A stretch of DNA of 19,654 nt from Planctomycetota bacterium (GCA_036479435.1 JAZGFI010000056.1:1-19654); one strand, 5' to 3'. Positions 7,094 to 16,879 are shown, counted from the stretch's first letter. Notes: a model not told the origin generated them from the sequence alone. Made by a program: numbers and translations.

Positions 7094-7975
7094 TCATGTC
7101 CTATTTAGCGCGGCTAGCACAACCGGGTGCAGGCCATGATTCGCAGCGGCGATCGAACGGCCGAAAAGCCAATCATCGCCTCCATTCATGTCGGTGACCA
7201 CCCCACCCGCTTCGCGAATCAAAACGGCGCCGGCGGCGACATCCCAAGGCGAAAGTTCCAGCTCCCAAAAGCCGTCGAAGCGGCCGCAAGCGGTGTAGGC
7301 CAAGTCCATCGCCGCACTCCCGCAACGCCTCACGGCCCGGGTCCGGGGAATGAGGTGGCAAAAGTGGTCGAGGTTGTTCTCAGCGATCTCACCCACGCGG
7401 TAGGCAAATCCGGTCGCGAGCAGAGAGTCGAGCAATTCCGTGGTCTTAGATACTTGAATGGGCTTGCCGTTTAAGATCGCCCCTTTGCCTTCATGCGCAA
7501 AAAACAACTCATCCAGCCGCGGCGCGTAGATGGCCCCCGCCACGGGTTGGTCGTTTTTGAACAGGCCGATGGAGACGGCGAACATCGGCAGTTGATGCAC
7601 GAAGTTGGTCGTGCCGTCGAGGGGATCGACAATCCAATGGTAGCCCTTTGCGGCGCTGGCTTTTTCGCTAGCACTGGGATCGGTCGATGCGGCTTCTTCG
7701 GCGAGGATGCTGTGGTCTGGAAATCGCTCAGAAATCGCCGCGACGATGAGTTCTTCAGCGGCGCGGTCGGCCACGGTCAGCAAATCTCGCCGGCCTTTGA
7801 AATCGATGTCGCCCGCCTCAAGTCGGCCGAAATAGCTCATGAGGACCGCACCCGCGTTGCGAGCTGTCGATTCCATGAAGGTACGCAATTCATCGGCTTC
7901 CACCATCGTCTTAGCCCTGGTCATGATCGAAGCCCGGCGGGCGCTAGGTTCAGGTTGGGGGAGCGGCGGTGCCAT
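7094..7975 (-). CDS. suhB: Inositol monophosphatase family protein (SuhB-like)
   Basis: ILAEE, WIVDPLDGTTNF, RRCGSAAMDL and WDVAAG motifs. The start may be a downstream Met. Confidence 0.9.
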   Translation of the reverse strand: MAPPLPQPEPSARRASIMTRAKTMVEADELRTFMESTARNAGAVLMSYFGRLEAGDIDFKGRRDLLTVADRAAEELIVAAISERFPDHSILAEEAASTDPSASEKASAAKGYHWIVDPLDGTTNFVHQLPMFAVSIGLFKNDQPVAGAIYAPRLDELFFAHEGKGAILNGKPIQVSKTTELLDSLLATGFAYRVGEIAENNLDHFCHLIPRTRAVRRCGSAAMDLAYTACGRFDGFWELELSPWDVAAGAVLIREAGGVVTDMNGGDDWLFGRSIAAANHGLHPVVLAALNRT

Positions 7976-8011
7976 GAACTTTGCAACGCATTCAGTGGCG
8001 ACCTTCTTTCG

Positions 8012-9433
8012 TCATTCCCGCCCATTTTGAGCCTTTGTCTTTCCCAAGGTGCCAGCCGCGCCCAACTTGGCTATGAGGCCGTCCCAGTAGGCCATCCGGC
8101 GCCCAATGTCTTTTTCGAAACCGTAGGGCGAGGGCTGGTAGAAACGACGGCCAGCCATCGCCTTGGGAAGGTAGTTTTGCCCGCTAACGGCCTGGTCGAA
8201 GTCGTGGGGGTACTCGTAGCCCTTGCCAAAGTCGAGCTGCCGCGCGACCCGGTTGGTGGAGTTCTTCAGATAGTTCGGAACGTCGTAGACTTCGCCCTTT
8301 TTGATCGCATCCCGCGCGGCGTTGAACGCGGCGTAGACCGCATTCGATTTCGGCGCGGTCGCGATGTAGACCGCAGCTTGCGCCAAGGCGAGTTCGCCCT
8401 CTGGAGATCCGAGCCGGCGAAATGCCTCTTCAGCTGCGATGGCTTGAGTCAGCGCCTGCGGATCGGCGAGACCAACGTCTTCACTCGCAGCGCGCACGAT
8501 CCGGCGCGCGACCCAGCGCGGATCCTCGCCGCTTTCCAACATTCGGGCCAACCAGTACAAGGCGGCCTGGGGATCACCGCCGCGAAGGCTTTTGTGAAAA
8601 GCGCTCATGACGTTGAAATGGCTTTCACCGGAACGATCATAACGCAGCCCCGCCCCGCCAAGTGCGGTGGTCACCGCCTCTGCATCGAGCACCGAGCGAG
8701 CCAACGCGCCGAGTTCCGATTCGCGCCGCACGACTGCTTCTAGGCGATTCAATAGGGTACGCCCATCACCGTAAGCACCGGCGACGAGAGCCTTCATGCC
8801 GCCTTCGTCAAAATCAATCCCCGAGGGCAGACCCGAACTTTCGCGGTCGTTGAGGGCGCGGCGCGCGATGAGTTCCAAAGAGTCTTCGCCAAGAGCCTCC
8901 AAGACCACGACGCGACAACGCGAGAGCAAGGCAGGGTTGAGCTCAAAGGCGGGGTTTTCGGTAGTGGCACCAACCAAGACCACCGTCCCATCCTCGACGT
9001 GAGGTAAAAACGCGTCCTGTTGGGAGCGATTGAAACGGTGAATTTCGTCGACGAAAAGTAAGGTGCCGACGCCGCAATGCCGACGCTCGAGCTTCGCCTC
9101 GGCGATCACCCCACGCACTTCTTTGACACCGGAAGTCACCGCGCTAAAGGCAATGAACCTCAACCCGGTCTTGCTGGCTAAAAGTCGCGCTAAAGAGGTC
9201 TTGCCGCAGCCAGGAGGCCCCCAAAAAACCACCGACGGGATGTGGTCAGTTTCGATCAAGTCGCGCAGAAGGCTCCCGGGCCCAACGGCCTCGTCTTGGC
9301 CAATCAGCTCATCGAAAGTCGCTGGCCGCAAGCGCTCCGCCAGGGGAACTATTGGTTCTGCTCCGGCAACGTTGGATTCGTCAGAGCGGTCGCTGAAATC
9401 GAAAAGCCCGGCTTGGTCGTCTGAGCAAGCCAT
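8012..9433 (-). CDS. rarA: Replication-associated recombination protein A (RarA/MgsA AAA+ ATPase)
   Basis: PLAERLRP, Walker A GPPGCGKT, LFVDEIHRFNRSQQD, GATTENP, SAFHKSLRG, SEDVGLADP, APKSN, YEYPHD. Confidence 0.96.
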   Translation of the reverse strand: MACSDDQAGLFDFSDRSDESNVAGAEPIVPLAERLRPATFDELIGQDEAVGPGSLLRDLIETDHIPSVVFWGPPGCGKTSLARLLASKTGLRFIAFSAVTSGVKEVRGVIAEAKLERRHCGVGTLLFVDEIHRFNRSQQDAFLPHVEDGTVVLVGATTENPAFELNPALLSRCRVVVLEALGEDSLELIARRALNDRESSGLPSGIDFDEGGMKALVAGAYGDGRTLLNRLEAVVRRESELGALARSVLDAEAVTTALGGAGLRYDRSGESHFNVMSAFHKSLRGGDPQAALYWLARMLESGEDPRWVARRIVRAASEDVGLADPQALTQAIAAEEAFRRLGSPEGELALAQAAVYIATAPKSNAVYAAFNAARDAIKKGEVYDVPNYLKNSTNRVARQLDFGKGYEYPHDFDQAVSGQNYLPKAMAGRRFYQPSPYGFEKDIGRRMAYWDGLIAKLGAAGTLGKTKAQNGRE

Positions 9434-9439
9434 GCCCGA

Positions 9440-11029
9440 TCAGCCCCCGAAAGCGGCCAGCTGGTCGCAGATTCGGTCCTGAATACGGCGCGAAGTAGAA
9501 GTGGCTCCGCCGTTGAAAATCCCGGCGAAGACCAGCCAGCGACCCCCGCGTGAGCGTACGTATCCCGACAAAGTGCTCATTCCCGTCAGCGTTCCGGTCT
9601 TCGCGAAAACGCGGCCTTTTAGACCTGTCATCCGTTTTCGCAAGGTGCCGGTTTTCCCCGGTTCGGCGAGCGAGGCACGAAAGACCTCGCGAATTGAGCG
9701 GCGCTGCCACATCAATGTCAGAACACTCGCGAGTTGACGCGCGCCCAGGGCATTCGCTCGCGAAAGGCCGCTACCATCGCGGATCACGGTGCCCTCTTCG
9801 AATATCTCTTCGCGCTTCAACCAGTTCGCGATGACGCGCGTACCGCCAGCAAAACTGCCTTCGGCGCCCTGGGTTTGGCCGAGCTGGCGAAAGACAATTT
9901 CGGCGTACAAGTTCTGGCTGCGTTTTAGCAGCGGCTTAACGATCTTTTTGAGCGGGCTGCGCTCGATCAGGATGGAGGTGAGGCGAGCCTTAGGCCAGTC
10001 TTTGGTCGACTCGCTCAAGTCCTTGGGAACAACGACCCCGCGCTTTTTGAGAGCGGCTCGAAGACCCGAGAGGTAGTAGAGCGAACCGTTGGCTACATTC
10101 ACGTCGTGATCGTGACCGCGGCCCTTGCGATAGAGTTTGCCCTTTACGGTGTAAACCGGCTTATCATCTTGGCGGTTGTACTGGAGTGACTGCCGCGAGC
10201 GATTGGACACGAGCGAGACTTTGTTGATGGCGCGCCCGTAGCCGACAGCTGGCAAAAAGCTGATGCGGGCCTTCGTCCCTTGGGGGCGCACTTGGATACG
10301 AATCTGATTGTCGTTGAAAATGAGCGGTGCCAGTTCGACCATCCAATAGTTGACGTAGGAATCCCGCGGCCAACGCTCGCCGCGTTGCGGACCCACGAAG
10401 GGGTTTTTTGCCGCGAAAATCCCCTTCTTCACTTCGCGAAGACCTGCCGCCACCAGCCGGTCGGCGATGCCGTCCAGACCTTTGCTGAAGCTTTGTCCCG
10501 AAAAGCGAAACCCGGCACTGGGATCGCCGCTACCTTTGACCACCAAGCCTCCGCGAGCGACGCCGTCTTCCCAATCCAAAGCTGAAAACTCGGTTTCGAA
10601 TTCCCAGTTGGGGCCCATCAGATCGTAGGCCGCCGCGGCGGTGATCACCTTCATGTTGGAGGCGGGCACGAGGGCCAGGGTTTCGTTGCGAGCGAAAAGC
10701 ACTTGCCGAGTCGCGGGGTCGGCGACGAAAAAGGAGATCTTCGTTTTGGACTTCGCCAAACCGAGGCTCGCCTCAATGCGTTGGGACAAGACGTCGACGG
10801 CCGCTTGATCGAAGAAAGCCGGCACCGGCTCGGGCGGCAAAGTCGAATCGGCTCCGGACGCGGTGGCCTGGTCGCTCGACGGCGCCGCCGCTGACTTTGC
10901 GGGGCGCTCGCCCCAAACGGCGACGGGGACTCCGCTCAATGCAGAGAGGGCCAAGACCACCAAGATCGTGACCCCCAGCGCGATCGAGCGCGGCCCAATG
11001 ACCGCTTTGTGGCCAGTTGAATACGTCAT
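9440..11029 (-). CDS. dacB: D-alanyl-D-alanine carboxypeptidase/endopeptidase (PBP4, peptidase S13)
   Basis: SxxK (PASNMK), GSGDP, SxN (SQN), DGSGLSR and KTGT. ATG 11029 has AAGGA upstream; the longer ORF-track start overlaps galE. Confidence 0.92.
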   Translation of the reverse strand: MTYSTGHKAVIGPRSIALGVTILVVLALSALSGVPVAVWGERPAKSAAAPSSDQATASGADSTLPPEPVPAFFDQAAVDVLSQRIEASLGLAKSKTKISFFVADPATRQVLFARNETLALVPASNMKVITAAAAYDLMGPNWEFETEFSALDWEDGVARGGLVVKGSGDPSAGFRFSGQSFSKGLDGIADRLVAAGLREVKKGIFAAKNPFVGPQRGERWPRDSYVNYWMVELAPLIFNDNQIRIQVRPQGTKARISFLPAVGYGRAINKVSLVSNRSRQSLQYNRQDDKPVYTVKGKLYRKGRGHDHDVNVANGSLYYLSGLRAALKKRGVVVPKDLSESTKDWPKARLTSILIERSPLKKIVKPLLKRSQNLYAEIVFRQLGQTQGAEGSFAGGTRVIANWLKREEIFEEGTVIRDGSGLSRANALGARQLASVLTLMWQRRSIREVFRASLAEPGKTGTLRKRMTGLKGRVFAKTGTLTGMSTLSGYVRSRGGRWLVFAGIFNGGATSTSRRIQDRICDQLAAFGG

Positions 11030-11072
11030 GTTTTCCTTGCGGCGGCGCGAACCATGAGTTTCGATGATCCGA

Positions 11073-12074
11073 CTAGTCGTCGTAGCCTTCGGGGTGGCTT
11101 TCGTGCCATTTCCAGGCCGTCGCGATGATGGTCTCGATGTCGCCGTAGCGTTGGGTCCACCCCAAGGTTTCGGCGGCGCGTTTGTAGTCCGCAATCAACA
11201 CTCCGGGATCGCCAGCGCGGCGCGGGGCGACTTCGCTTTTGATCGTTTTCCCCGTGACCTTCGCAGCGGCATCGACAATCTCTTTCACCGAGTAGCCCTT
11301 ACCATTGCCAAGGTTGAAGCTCGTGCTGTCGCCGCCCTTGTCGAGGTAGGCGAGCCCGCGAATGTGGGCATCGGCGAGATCGGTGATGTGAATGTAGTCG
11401 CGAACACAGGTCCCGTCGGGCGTGTCATAGTCATCGCCAAACATCTTGATGATGTCGCGCTTGCCCTGGGCGACCTGCAAAACCAACGGGATGAGGTGCG
11501 TTTCGGGATCGTGGTCCTCGCCGATCTCTCCGCTTTCTGCGGCACCGGCGGCATTGAAGTAACGCAGCGCCACGTACTTCAAGCCGTAGGCGGCGGCGTA
11601 GTCGCTGAGGATGTGTTCAATCATCAACTTCGTGCGGCCGTAGGGATTGATCGGCTCTTGCGGGTGAGTCTCGTCGATGAGATCGCGGATCGGATTGCCG
11701 AATGTTGCCGCCGTCGATGAGAAAATGAACTTGTCGACACCCGCCTTGCGCATGCTGTGAAGCAAAGTCAGCGTGTTCGACACATTGTTGAAGTAGTACT
11801 TTTCTGGATTTTCGACGGACTCACCTACGTAACAGTGAGCCGCAAAATGGAAGACGGCTTTGACCTTGTGCTCGGCGAACAGACGGTCGAGTTTGGGGCC
11901 ATCGTCAAGTCCACCTTCGATCAACGGCGTTTCGCCAGCCGCCGCACGGTGGCCTTCCGAGAGGTTGTCGTAGCACAGGGTTCTAAATCCCTGGCGACGC
12001 AGCTCGTGAAGGCAGTGACTGCCGATGTAGCCGCAGCCACCAACGACGAGGATCAAGTCGGGATCAGAACTCAT
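11073..12074 (-). CDS. galE: UDP-glucose 4-epimerase
   Basis: GGCGYIGSH, HFAA, VGESV, YGRTK (YxxxK), LRYFNAAGA, TPDGTCVRDYIH, RRAGDP. ATG overlaps the upstream stop (TGATG). Confidence 0.96.
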   Translation of the reverse strand: MSSDPDLILVVGGCGYIGSHCLHELRRQGFRTLCYDNLSEGHRAAAGETPLIEGGLDDGPKLDRLFAEHKVKAVFHFAAHCYVGESVENPEKYYFNNVSNTLTLLHSMRKAGVDKFIFSSTAATFGNPIRDLIDETHPQEPINPYGRTKLMIEHILSDYAAAYGLKYVALRYFNAAGAAESGEIGEDHDPETHLIPLVLQVAQGKRDIIKMFGDDYDTPDGTCVRDYIHITDLADAHIRGLAYLDKGGDSTSFNLGNGKGYSVKEIVDAAAKVTGKTIKSEVAPRRAGDPGVLIADYKRAAETLGWTQRYGDIETIIATAWKWHESHPEGYDD

Positions 12075-13621
12075 CAAAATTCCTTGGGTTCATGCTTGCG
12101 ATACATATCGCGGTGTTTTTTGTACCAGGCTTGCCACTTTCCGCGGATGCGGCTCATGTCTTGAAGCTGCAGCGTTTCGGGAGGAACTCGTTCGATCCAA
12201 GCCAAGGTGAGGCGGTTGAGACTCTCGTGAATCCGCGAAAAAACGTAAGGATCGGCCTCGTTGCGAAGGGCCATGAGCAAGATCGGGATGGCTGGCTTGC
12301 CCCGGTGATACGCGCTGAGCAAATGACAGGCCATGCCGCGCACTTTGGAGCCCATGCGAGTATCCAAAGCCACGACCTCGAGCAGCCCGAAGACGTTTTC
12401 GTTTCCAGGCAGCCGCGCCGCAACTTGCTGCAAACCCTTGGCCGCGACAATGTCATCGGGGTCTTCGACGGCCTTGGAAAAAGCGAGAAGCAAACGCCGT
12501 GCACGGTCTCGATCCGGCAAGGGCCAAGGGACCCCAGACAAGACAAAGATCGCGTCTCGGCGACGCTCGACTTCGGGCGCTTGGCCGACGCGGGCAATCA
12601 ACTTGTCGAAAGAGAGTTCGCGCTTGGAAGGGTCTTCGACTCGAGGTAACTTCGCGAGGCGATCACGCTCATTTGCCGTTGAGTTGCGAGCCCGAAAGTC
12701 AAGGCCCGAGCCAGCCTTACGCAGGCCCTGGTCATACTCGACCACGGCGTCAGCGTTGCGGCCAAGCCTTGCGTAACAACCGGCTAGACTGAAGTAGTAG
12801 CGATACTCGGTCGGATCGAGCTGAATGATCTTGCGATAGTCTTTGGCCGCTTCGGTCCAGCGCTCGAGGGCACGATGACAGTGAGCCCGCATCAATCGGA
12901 GATTGAGTTGGCGCTCGTTGGGGCGGAGCAGCTGGTCGATCTGGCCAATGGCCTCGGCGAATTCGCCGCGCTGGCGGTAGACCTGAGCCAAATTAAAACG
13001 CGCACGCTGGCGCACGGCTTCGTCTTGGCCAGCCTTCATCAGAATCGACAGCAGGTGAGAAACGGCCGTATTGAAATCGCGGGCGCGCACGGCCAGGTCG
13101 ACCAAGCCAAACTCGGACTTCAGGTGTTGCTTGTTGATTTGTAGCGCCCGCTCAAAGGCGTCCTTCGCCAGGCGGTTGTCACCTTTATTGAGGTAGTAGA
13201 CGCCAACGCCATCCCAGGCCCAAAAGAAGTAGCGGTCGAGGGTGAGGGCGCGCTTGAAGTGGCTAAAGGCGACTTCTAGCTGGCCGTCAAGCCCCATAAG
13301 GCGACCGTAGAGATAGTGATCGACGGCCCGGGACGAGTTTTGGGCGAGAGCGTGGTAGCGCGCCCTCACCGCTTCGAGCCCGGCTGGGGGTCCGCCCAAA
13401 GCGCGATTTTGCTCTTCAACCGCGCTGTGAATCTGCTGCTCCTCGGCCCTCCAGGACGAGCGCGACCGCTGGAAATCGGGCTGGCTCTGGAGACGGCTGG
13501 GACTAAGAGCTTTAAGGGCTCTTTTTATCTCTTTGAAGATAGGATCCTCGTCAAACTGCGCCCATCCGGTGGCGCTCAGCAATAAAGTGGCGGCGAGGGC
13601 GGCAATCAGGGTCCGCTGCAT
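12074..13621 (-). CDS. Exported TPR-repeat protein with C-terminal HEAT-like repeats
   Basis: Signal peptide (AWA-like site GWA-Q), several TPR patterns (AWDGVGVYYLNKGDNRLAKDAFERAL; ARFNLAQVYRQRGEFAEAI), and HEAT-like segments (VRGMACHLLS; AIPILLMALRNEADPYV). Confidence 0.85.
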   Translation of the reverse strand: MQRTLIAALAATLLLSATGWAQFDEDPIFKEIKRALKALSPSRLQSQPDFQRSRSSWRAEEQQIHSAVEEQNRALGGPPAGLEAVRARYHALAQNSSRAVDHYLYGRLMGLDGQLEVAFSHFKRALTLDRYFFWAWDGVGVYYLNKGDNRLAKDAFERALQINKQHLKSEFGLVDLAVRARDFNTAVSHLLSILMKAGQDEAVRQRARFNLAQVYRQRGEFAEAIGQIDQLLRPNERQLNLRLMRAHCHRALERWTEAAKDYRKIIQLDPTEYRYYFSLAGCYARLGRNADAVVEYDQGLRKAGSGLDFRARNSTANERDRLAKLPRVEDPSKRELSFDKLIARVGQAPEVERRRDAIFVLSGVPWPLPDRDRARRLLLAFSKAVEDPDDIVAAKGLQQVAARLPGNENVFGLLEVVALDTRMGSKVRGMACHLLSAYHRGKPAIPILLMALRNEADPYVFSRIHESLNRLTLAWIERVPPETLQLQDMSRIRGKWQAWYKKHRDMYRKHEPKEF

Positions 13622-13739
13622 TGTGTAGATCCCTGTAGTACCAATGACTTAGGAAGGTCAGCAGCGCATTTTAGCACAGCTCGGAGACGGTCGAAAGCAA
13701 GGGTTTCGAGGGCCAGTTCCGGATTGTTGCCCACTCTGG

Positions 13740-13767
13740 TCAAGTAGGCCCGCCGAGGCGCCGATAG
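13740..13767 (+). promoter_or_regulatory. Candidate sigma-28 (FliA/SigD) promoter for the PilZ gene
   Basis: TCAAG-N15-GCCGATAG versus consensus TAAA-N15/16-GCCGATAA; lies 36 nt before the ATG. Confidence 0.55.
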
Positions 13768-13803
13768 TGAAATGGAATCCTACCCGGTCGGGAGTTTAGA
13801 GCG

Positions 13804-14166
13804 ATGGACGACAAGATCCCTCAAGAACGACGCGTAACCCAGCGCACGGACGCCGGAAACCTCGTCGTCCATACCGATGTCGCAGAATCGGACCTCGCCC
13901 ACACGCTGGGGCTCGGCGTCACCATCGACATGAACGAATTCGGGGTGAAGGTGCAAAGCACGGATCCCATGCCACTCGGCGAACGCTTTCGCTTCAAGCT
14001 CGCCCTGAAGGAGGAGGTCGTTGAGGCCACCGGCCAGGTGGTCCATGTCGGGCGCTGCCTCAACGGCACCTTTGAAATGGGGATCGAGTTCTTAGAGATC
14101 TCCGCCCAGGGCATCGAAAAGATCCGCGCCCACCTCTCGGAAAAGCCGAACCTCTTCGGCGTCTAG
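13804..14166 (+). CDS. Stand-alone PilZ-domain protein (putative c-di-GMP receptor)
   Basis: ERRVTQR (RxxxR), DMNEFG (variant of D/NxSxxG), G-x-VV and MGIEF beta-barrel pattern; GGGAG upstream. Confidence 0.82.
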   Translation: MDDKIPQERRVTQRTDAGNLVVHTDVAESDLAHTLGLGVTIDMNEFGVKVQSTDPMPLGERFRFKLALKEEVVEATGQVVHVGRCLNGTFEMGIEFLEISAQGIEKIRAHLSEKPNLFGV

Positions 14167-14272
14167 TCCGGCACGACCATCGGCGTCTTCCCGCGCTCGA
14201 TAGTGGTCTCCCTTCGTGGTAGAAAAATGATATTCCGCCATTAGGGTTCGCCGCTAGGGAAGACCATTTGCC

Positions 14273-15175
14273 ATGAGTACGCCCGCCGTCTCACAGACGG
14301 ATCTGGAGGGGCTAAAGCTCCTCGCACGCGGCAAAGTTCGCGACATCTACGATCTCGGTGACCAACTCCTCATCGTCGCGACCGACCGCATTTCGGCCTT
14401 CGATTGGGTGCTCGACACGCCCATTCCCGACAAGGGACGCGTGCTCACGCAGATCTCGGTCTTTTGGTTTGAGTTTCTCAAAGACCTCGTTCCGCACCAT
14501 CTCGTTGCGGCCGACGTCGATGAGATGCCGGAGAAGGTGAGACGCCATGCCGACATTCTTCGCGGTCGCAGCATGCTCTGCAAAAAAGCCAAGCCCTTCG
14601 AGGCCGAGTGCATTGTTCGCGGCTACTTAGTTGGGTCGGGCTGGAAGGACTACCAACGCACGGGGGCGGTTTGCGGCATCGAGTTGGCGCCGGGACTCAG
14701 CAAGGGTGCCAAGATCAGTCCGGCGATCTTCACGCCCTCCACCAAGGCGGACGTCGGCGAGCACGATGAGAACATCGACGGCGATGCCTTTTTGTCGATC
14801 GTCGGCGCCGAGCGTGGTGCGCGCTTGAAAGAGCTCAGCCTCGAGGCCTTTCGCCGAGTTCGCGAATACGCGGCGGATCGTGGAGTGGTGATCTGCGATA
14901 CCAAGCTCGAGTTCGGGTTGTTCGACGACCAGATCATCTTGATCGACGAGGCCTTCACTCCCGACTCGTCTCGGTTTTGGAAAGCGGACGAAATCGCGTC
15001 GACTCCCGCAGGGACCGATCCGCCGAGTTTTGACAAACAAGTCGTGCGCGACTGGCTGGAATCGACGGATTGGGACCAAGCCTCGCCACCACCGCGCATT
15101 CCGGACGACATCTTGGCTACCGCGCGATCGCGTTATCTCGACATTTACGAGCGCCTTACGGGGCAGCCGCTTTAA
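14273..15175 (+). CDS. purC: Phosphoribosylaminoimidazole-succinocarboxamide (SAICAR) synthase
   Basis: RGKVRDIY, TDRISAFD, ECIVRGYLVGSGW, FTPSTKA, HDENI, DTKLEFG, DEAFTPDSSRFW, SFDKQ. Confidence 0.97.
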   Translation: MSTPAVSQTDLEGLKLLARGKVRDIYDLGDQLLIVATDRISAFDWVLDTPIPDKGRVLTQISVFWFEFLKDLVPHHLVAADVDEMPEKVRRHADILRGRSMLCKKAKPFEAECIVRGYLVGSGWKDYQRTGAVCGIELAPGLSKGAKISPAIFTPSTKADVGEHDENIDGDAFLSIVGAERGARLKELSLEAFRRVREYAADRGVVICDTKLEFGLFDDQIILIDEAFTPDSSRFWKADEIASTPAGTDPPSFDKQVVRDWLESTDWDQASPPPRIPDDILATARSRYLDIYERLTGQPL

Positions 15176-15270
15176 GATAGTTGGGTTCTGAAGGACAATG
15201 GGCTGGCCACGTGACCAGCGCGCCTTGTTCATGACCCATATCGTTTCGCTCAAAACACGGGGACAATTCA

Positions 15271-15780
15271 ATGAGCCAGCCTACCGTCTTGATCATCATG
15301 GGAAGCGATTCCGACTTCGACACCATGAGGCCTTGCGTGGAAGTCCTTGAGGGCTTCAAGGTCAAAAACGAGGTCGTCGTGGCGTCTGCACACCGCACGC
15401 CGCATGTCGTCGAACGCCTCGCGCGCGAAGCCCAAGGTCGCGGAATCCAAGTCATCATCGCGGCGGCTGGATTGTCCGCACATCTGGCCGGAGTCATCGC
15501 GGCCTACACCATACTTCCAGTCATCGGCGTGCCCATGGAATCGGCGGCGTTGAAGGGCTTGGACGCGCTCTACTCCATCGTGCAAATGCCCGGGGGCATT
15601 CCAGTTTCTTGCATGGGAATCGGCAAGCACGGGGCCAAAAACGCCGCCTACCAAGCGGCGCAAATCCTGGCGCTCCAAGATCCAGATTTGAGAGAACAGC
15701 TTCTCCGTTATCGCGACGAACTCTCGGACAAAGTTGCCGCGATGAATTCCCGAGTCCAGGAAAAGCTGGGGCGGGCTTGA
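15271..15780 (+). CDS. purE: N5-CAIR mutase / AIR carboxylase catalytic subunit
   Basis: IIMGSDSD, SAHRTP, AAGLSAHLAG, PVIGVP, SIVQMPGGIPV, AKNAA. Confidence 0.97.
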   Translation: MSQPTVLIIMGSDSDFDTMRPCVEVLEGFKVKNEVVVASAHRTPHVVERLAREAQGRGIQVIIAAAGLSAHLAGVIAAYTILPVIGVPMESAALKGLDALYSIVQMPGGIPVSCMGIGKHGAKNAAYQAAQILALQDPDLREQLLRYRDELSDKVAAMNSRVQEKLGRA

Positions 15781-16835
15781 TGCCGGACCGCACTCCCGCA
15801 CATCCACCTACTTTGTGTTGGAGTGGTGGTCCCGGTGACGGCGTAGTCGAGATGATCGACCAAACCAAACTGCCCGAGTCACTTGAAGTCCTCCGCGTCG
15901 ATTCCGTGAAGGCGATGATTCAGGCAATGCGCCGCCTTTCGGTGCGCGGGGCGCCGGCCTTGGGGATTGCGGCGGCTTACGGCGCGATTTTAGGCCTGCG
16001 TGAATTGCCGGACAACGAGGCCGCATTCCGCGAGCGTTTTTCGCTGGTCGTCAGCCGGATTCGCGCCGCCCGCCCCACCGCGGTCAATTTGGGCTGGGCC
16101 CTCGATCGGCTGAGCCGAAAACTCGACGAGCTAAGCGGTCCCCCGCGAGGACTACGCCAACAACTCCTCGCGGAGGCCCGTGCCATTCACGAAGAAGACG
16201 CGGAACTTTGTCTGAAGTTGGGCCAGCACGGGGCGGCCCTCATCCGTGACGGCGACCGCTTGCTTACGCATTGCAACACGGGCGCCCTGGCGACCGGCGG
16301 CCGGGGAACGGCGTTGGCCGCGATGTTTAAGGCCCACGAGGCGGGGCTGAAATTTGAAGTTTGGGTCGACGAGACCAGGCCGCTGCTTCAAGGCACTCGG
16401 CTCACCAGTTGGGAATTAATGCGGGCCGGTATCCGGCACACGCTCATTTGCGATAACGCCGCGGCTTCGCTCATGGCCGCGGGCAGGGTTGATCGCATTT
16501 TCGTGGGGGCCGATCGCATCGCCGCCAATGGCGACACGGCCAACAAGATCGGCACCTACGCTTTGGCTCTCGGGGCAAAGGCCCATGACCTTCCCTTTTA
16601 CGTCGTCGCGCCGAGTTCCACGATCGACTTTGGGCTCGCCGATGGAAGCGCGATCCCCATTGAAGAGCGCGACCCCGCGGAGATCACCGCCGGATTTGCG
16701 CGCGCCATCGCCCCTCCCGGTGTTCGCGCCTACGCACCCGCTTTCGACGTCACTCCGGCCGGTCTCATCAGCGGCATCGTTACCGAGTTTGGGGTCTTGG
16801 CGCCCCACGACCTTCGATTGTCAATTCCGCAGTAG
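15780..16835 (+). CDS. mtnA: S-methyl-5-thioribose-1-phosphate isomerase
   Basis: IDQTKLP, VRGAPALG, RPTAVNL, LTHCNTGALAT, DETRPLLQG, GADRIAANGDTANKIGTY, PAFDVTP. ATG 15780 overlaps the purE stop (TGATG). Confidence 0.96.
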   Translation: MPDRTPAHPPTLCWSGGPGDGVVEMIDQTKLPESLEVLRVDSVKAMIQAMRRLSVRGAPALGIAAAYGAILGLRELPDNEAAFRERFSLVVSRIRAARPTAVNLGWALDRLSRKLDELSGPPRGLRQQLLAEARAIHEEDAELCLKLGQHGAALIRDGDRLLTHCNTGALATGGRGTALAAMFKAHEAGLKFEVWVDETRPLLQGTRLTSWELMRAGIRHTLICDNAAASLMAAGRVDRIFVGADRIAANGDTANKIGTYALALGAKAHDLPFYVVAPSSTIDFGLADGSAIPIEERDPAEITAGFARAIAPPGVRAYAPAFDVTPAGLISGIVTEFGVLAPHDLRLSIPQ

Positions 16836-16879
16836 GCGGCTCCACCCGGCCCCGGCTTCCCTAAGCCTCGTTTATTTTC

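Noticed and set aside
7493..8743. 416-aa plus-strand ORF
   Set aside because: Antisense shadow of suhB and rarA, both with full motif sets; no recognisable domain. Long shadow ORFs are expected at high GC.
11030..11194. N-terminal extension of dacB in the ORF track
   Set aside because: Overlaps the galE 3' end in another frame; ATG 11029 has an RBS and precedes the TM anchor.
14167..14272. Possible purine or ZTP riboswitch ahead of purC
   Set aside because: No consensus elements found in the 106-nt gap.
15609..15779. N-terminal extension of mtnA in the ORF track
   Set aside because: Lies within purE; the TGATG overlap at 15778-15782 gives the natural start.
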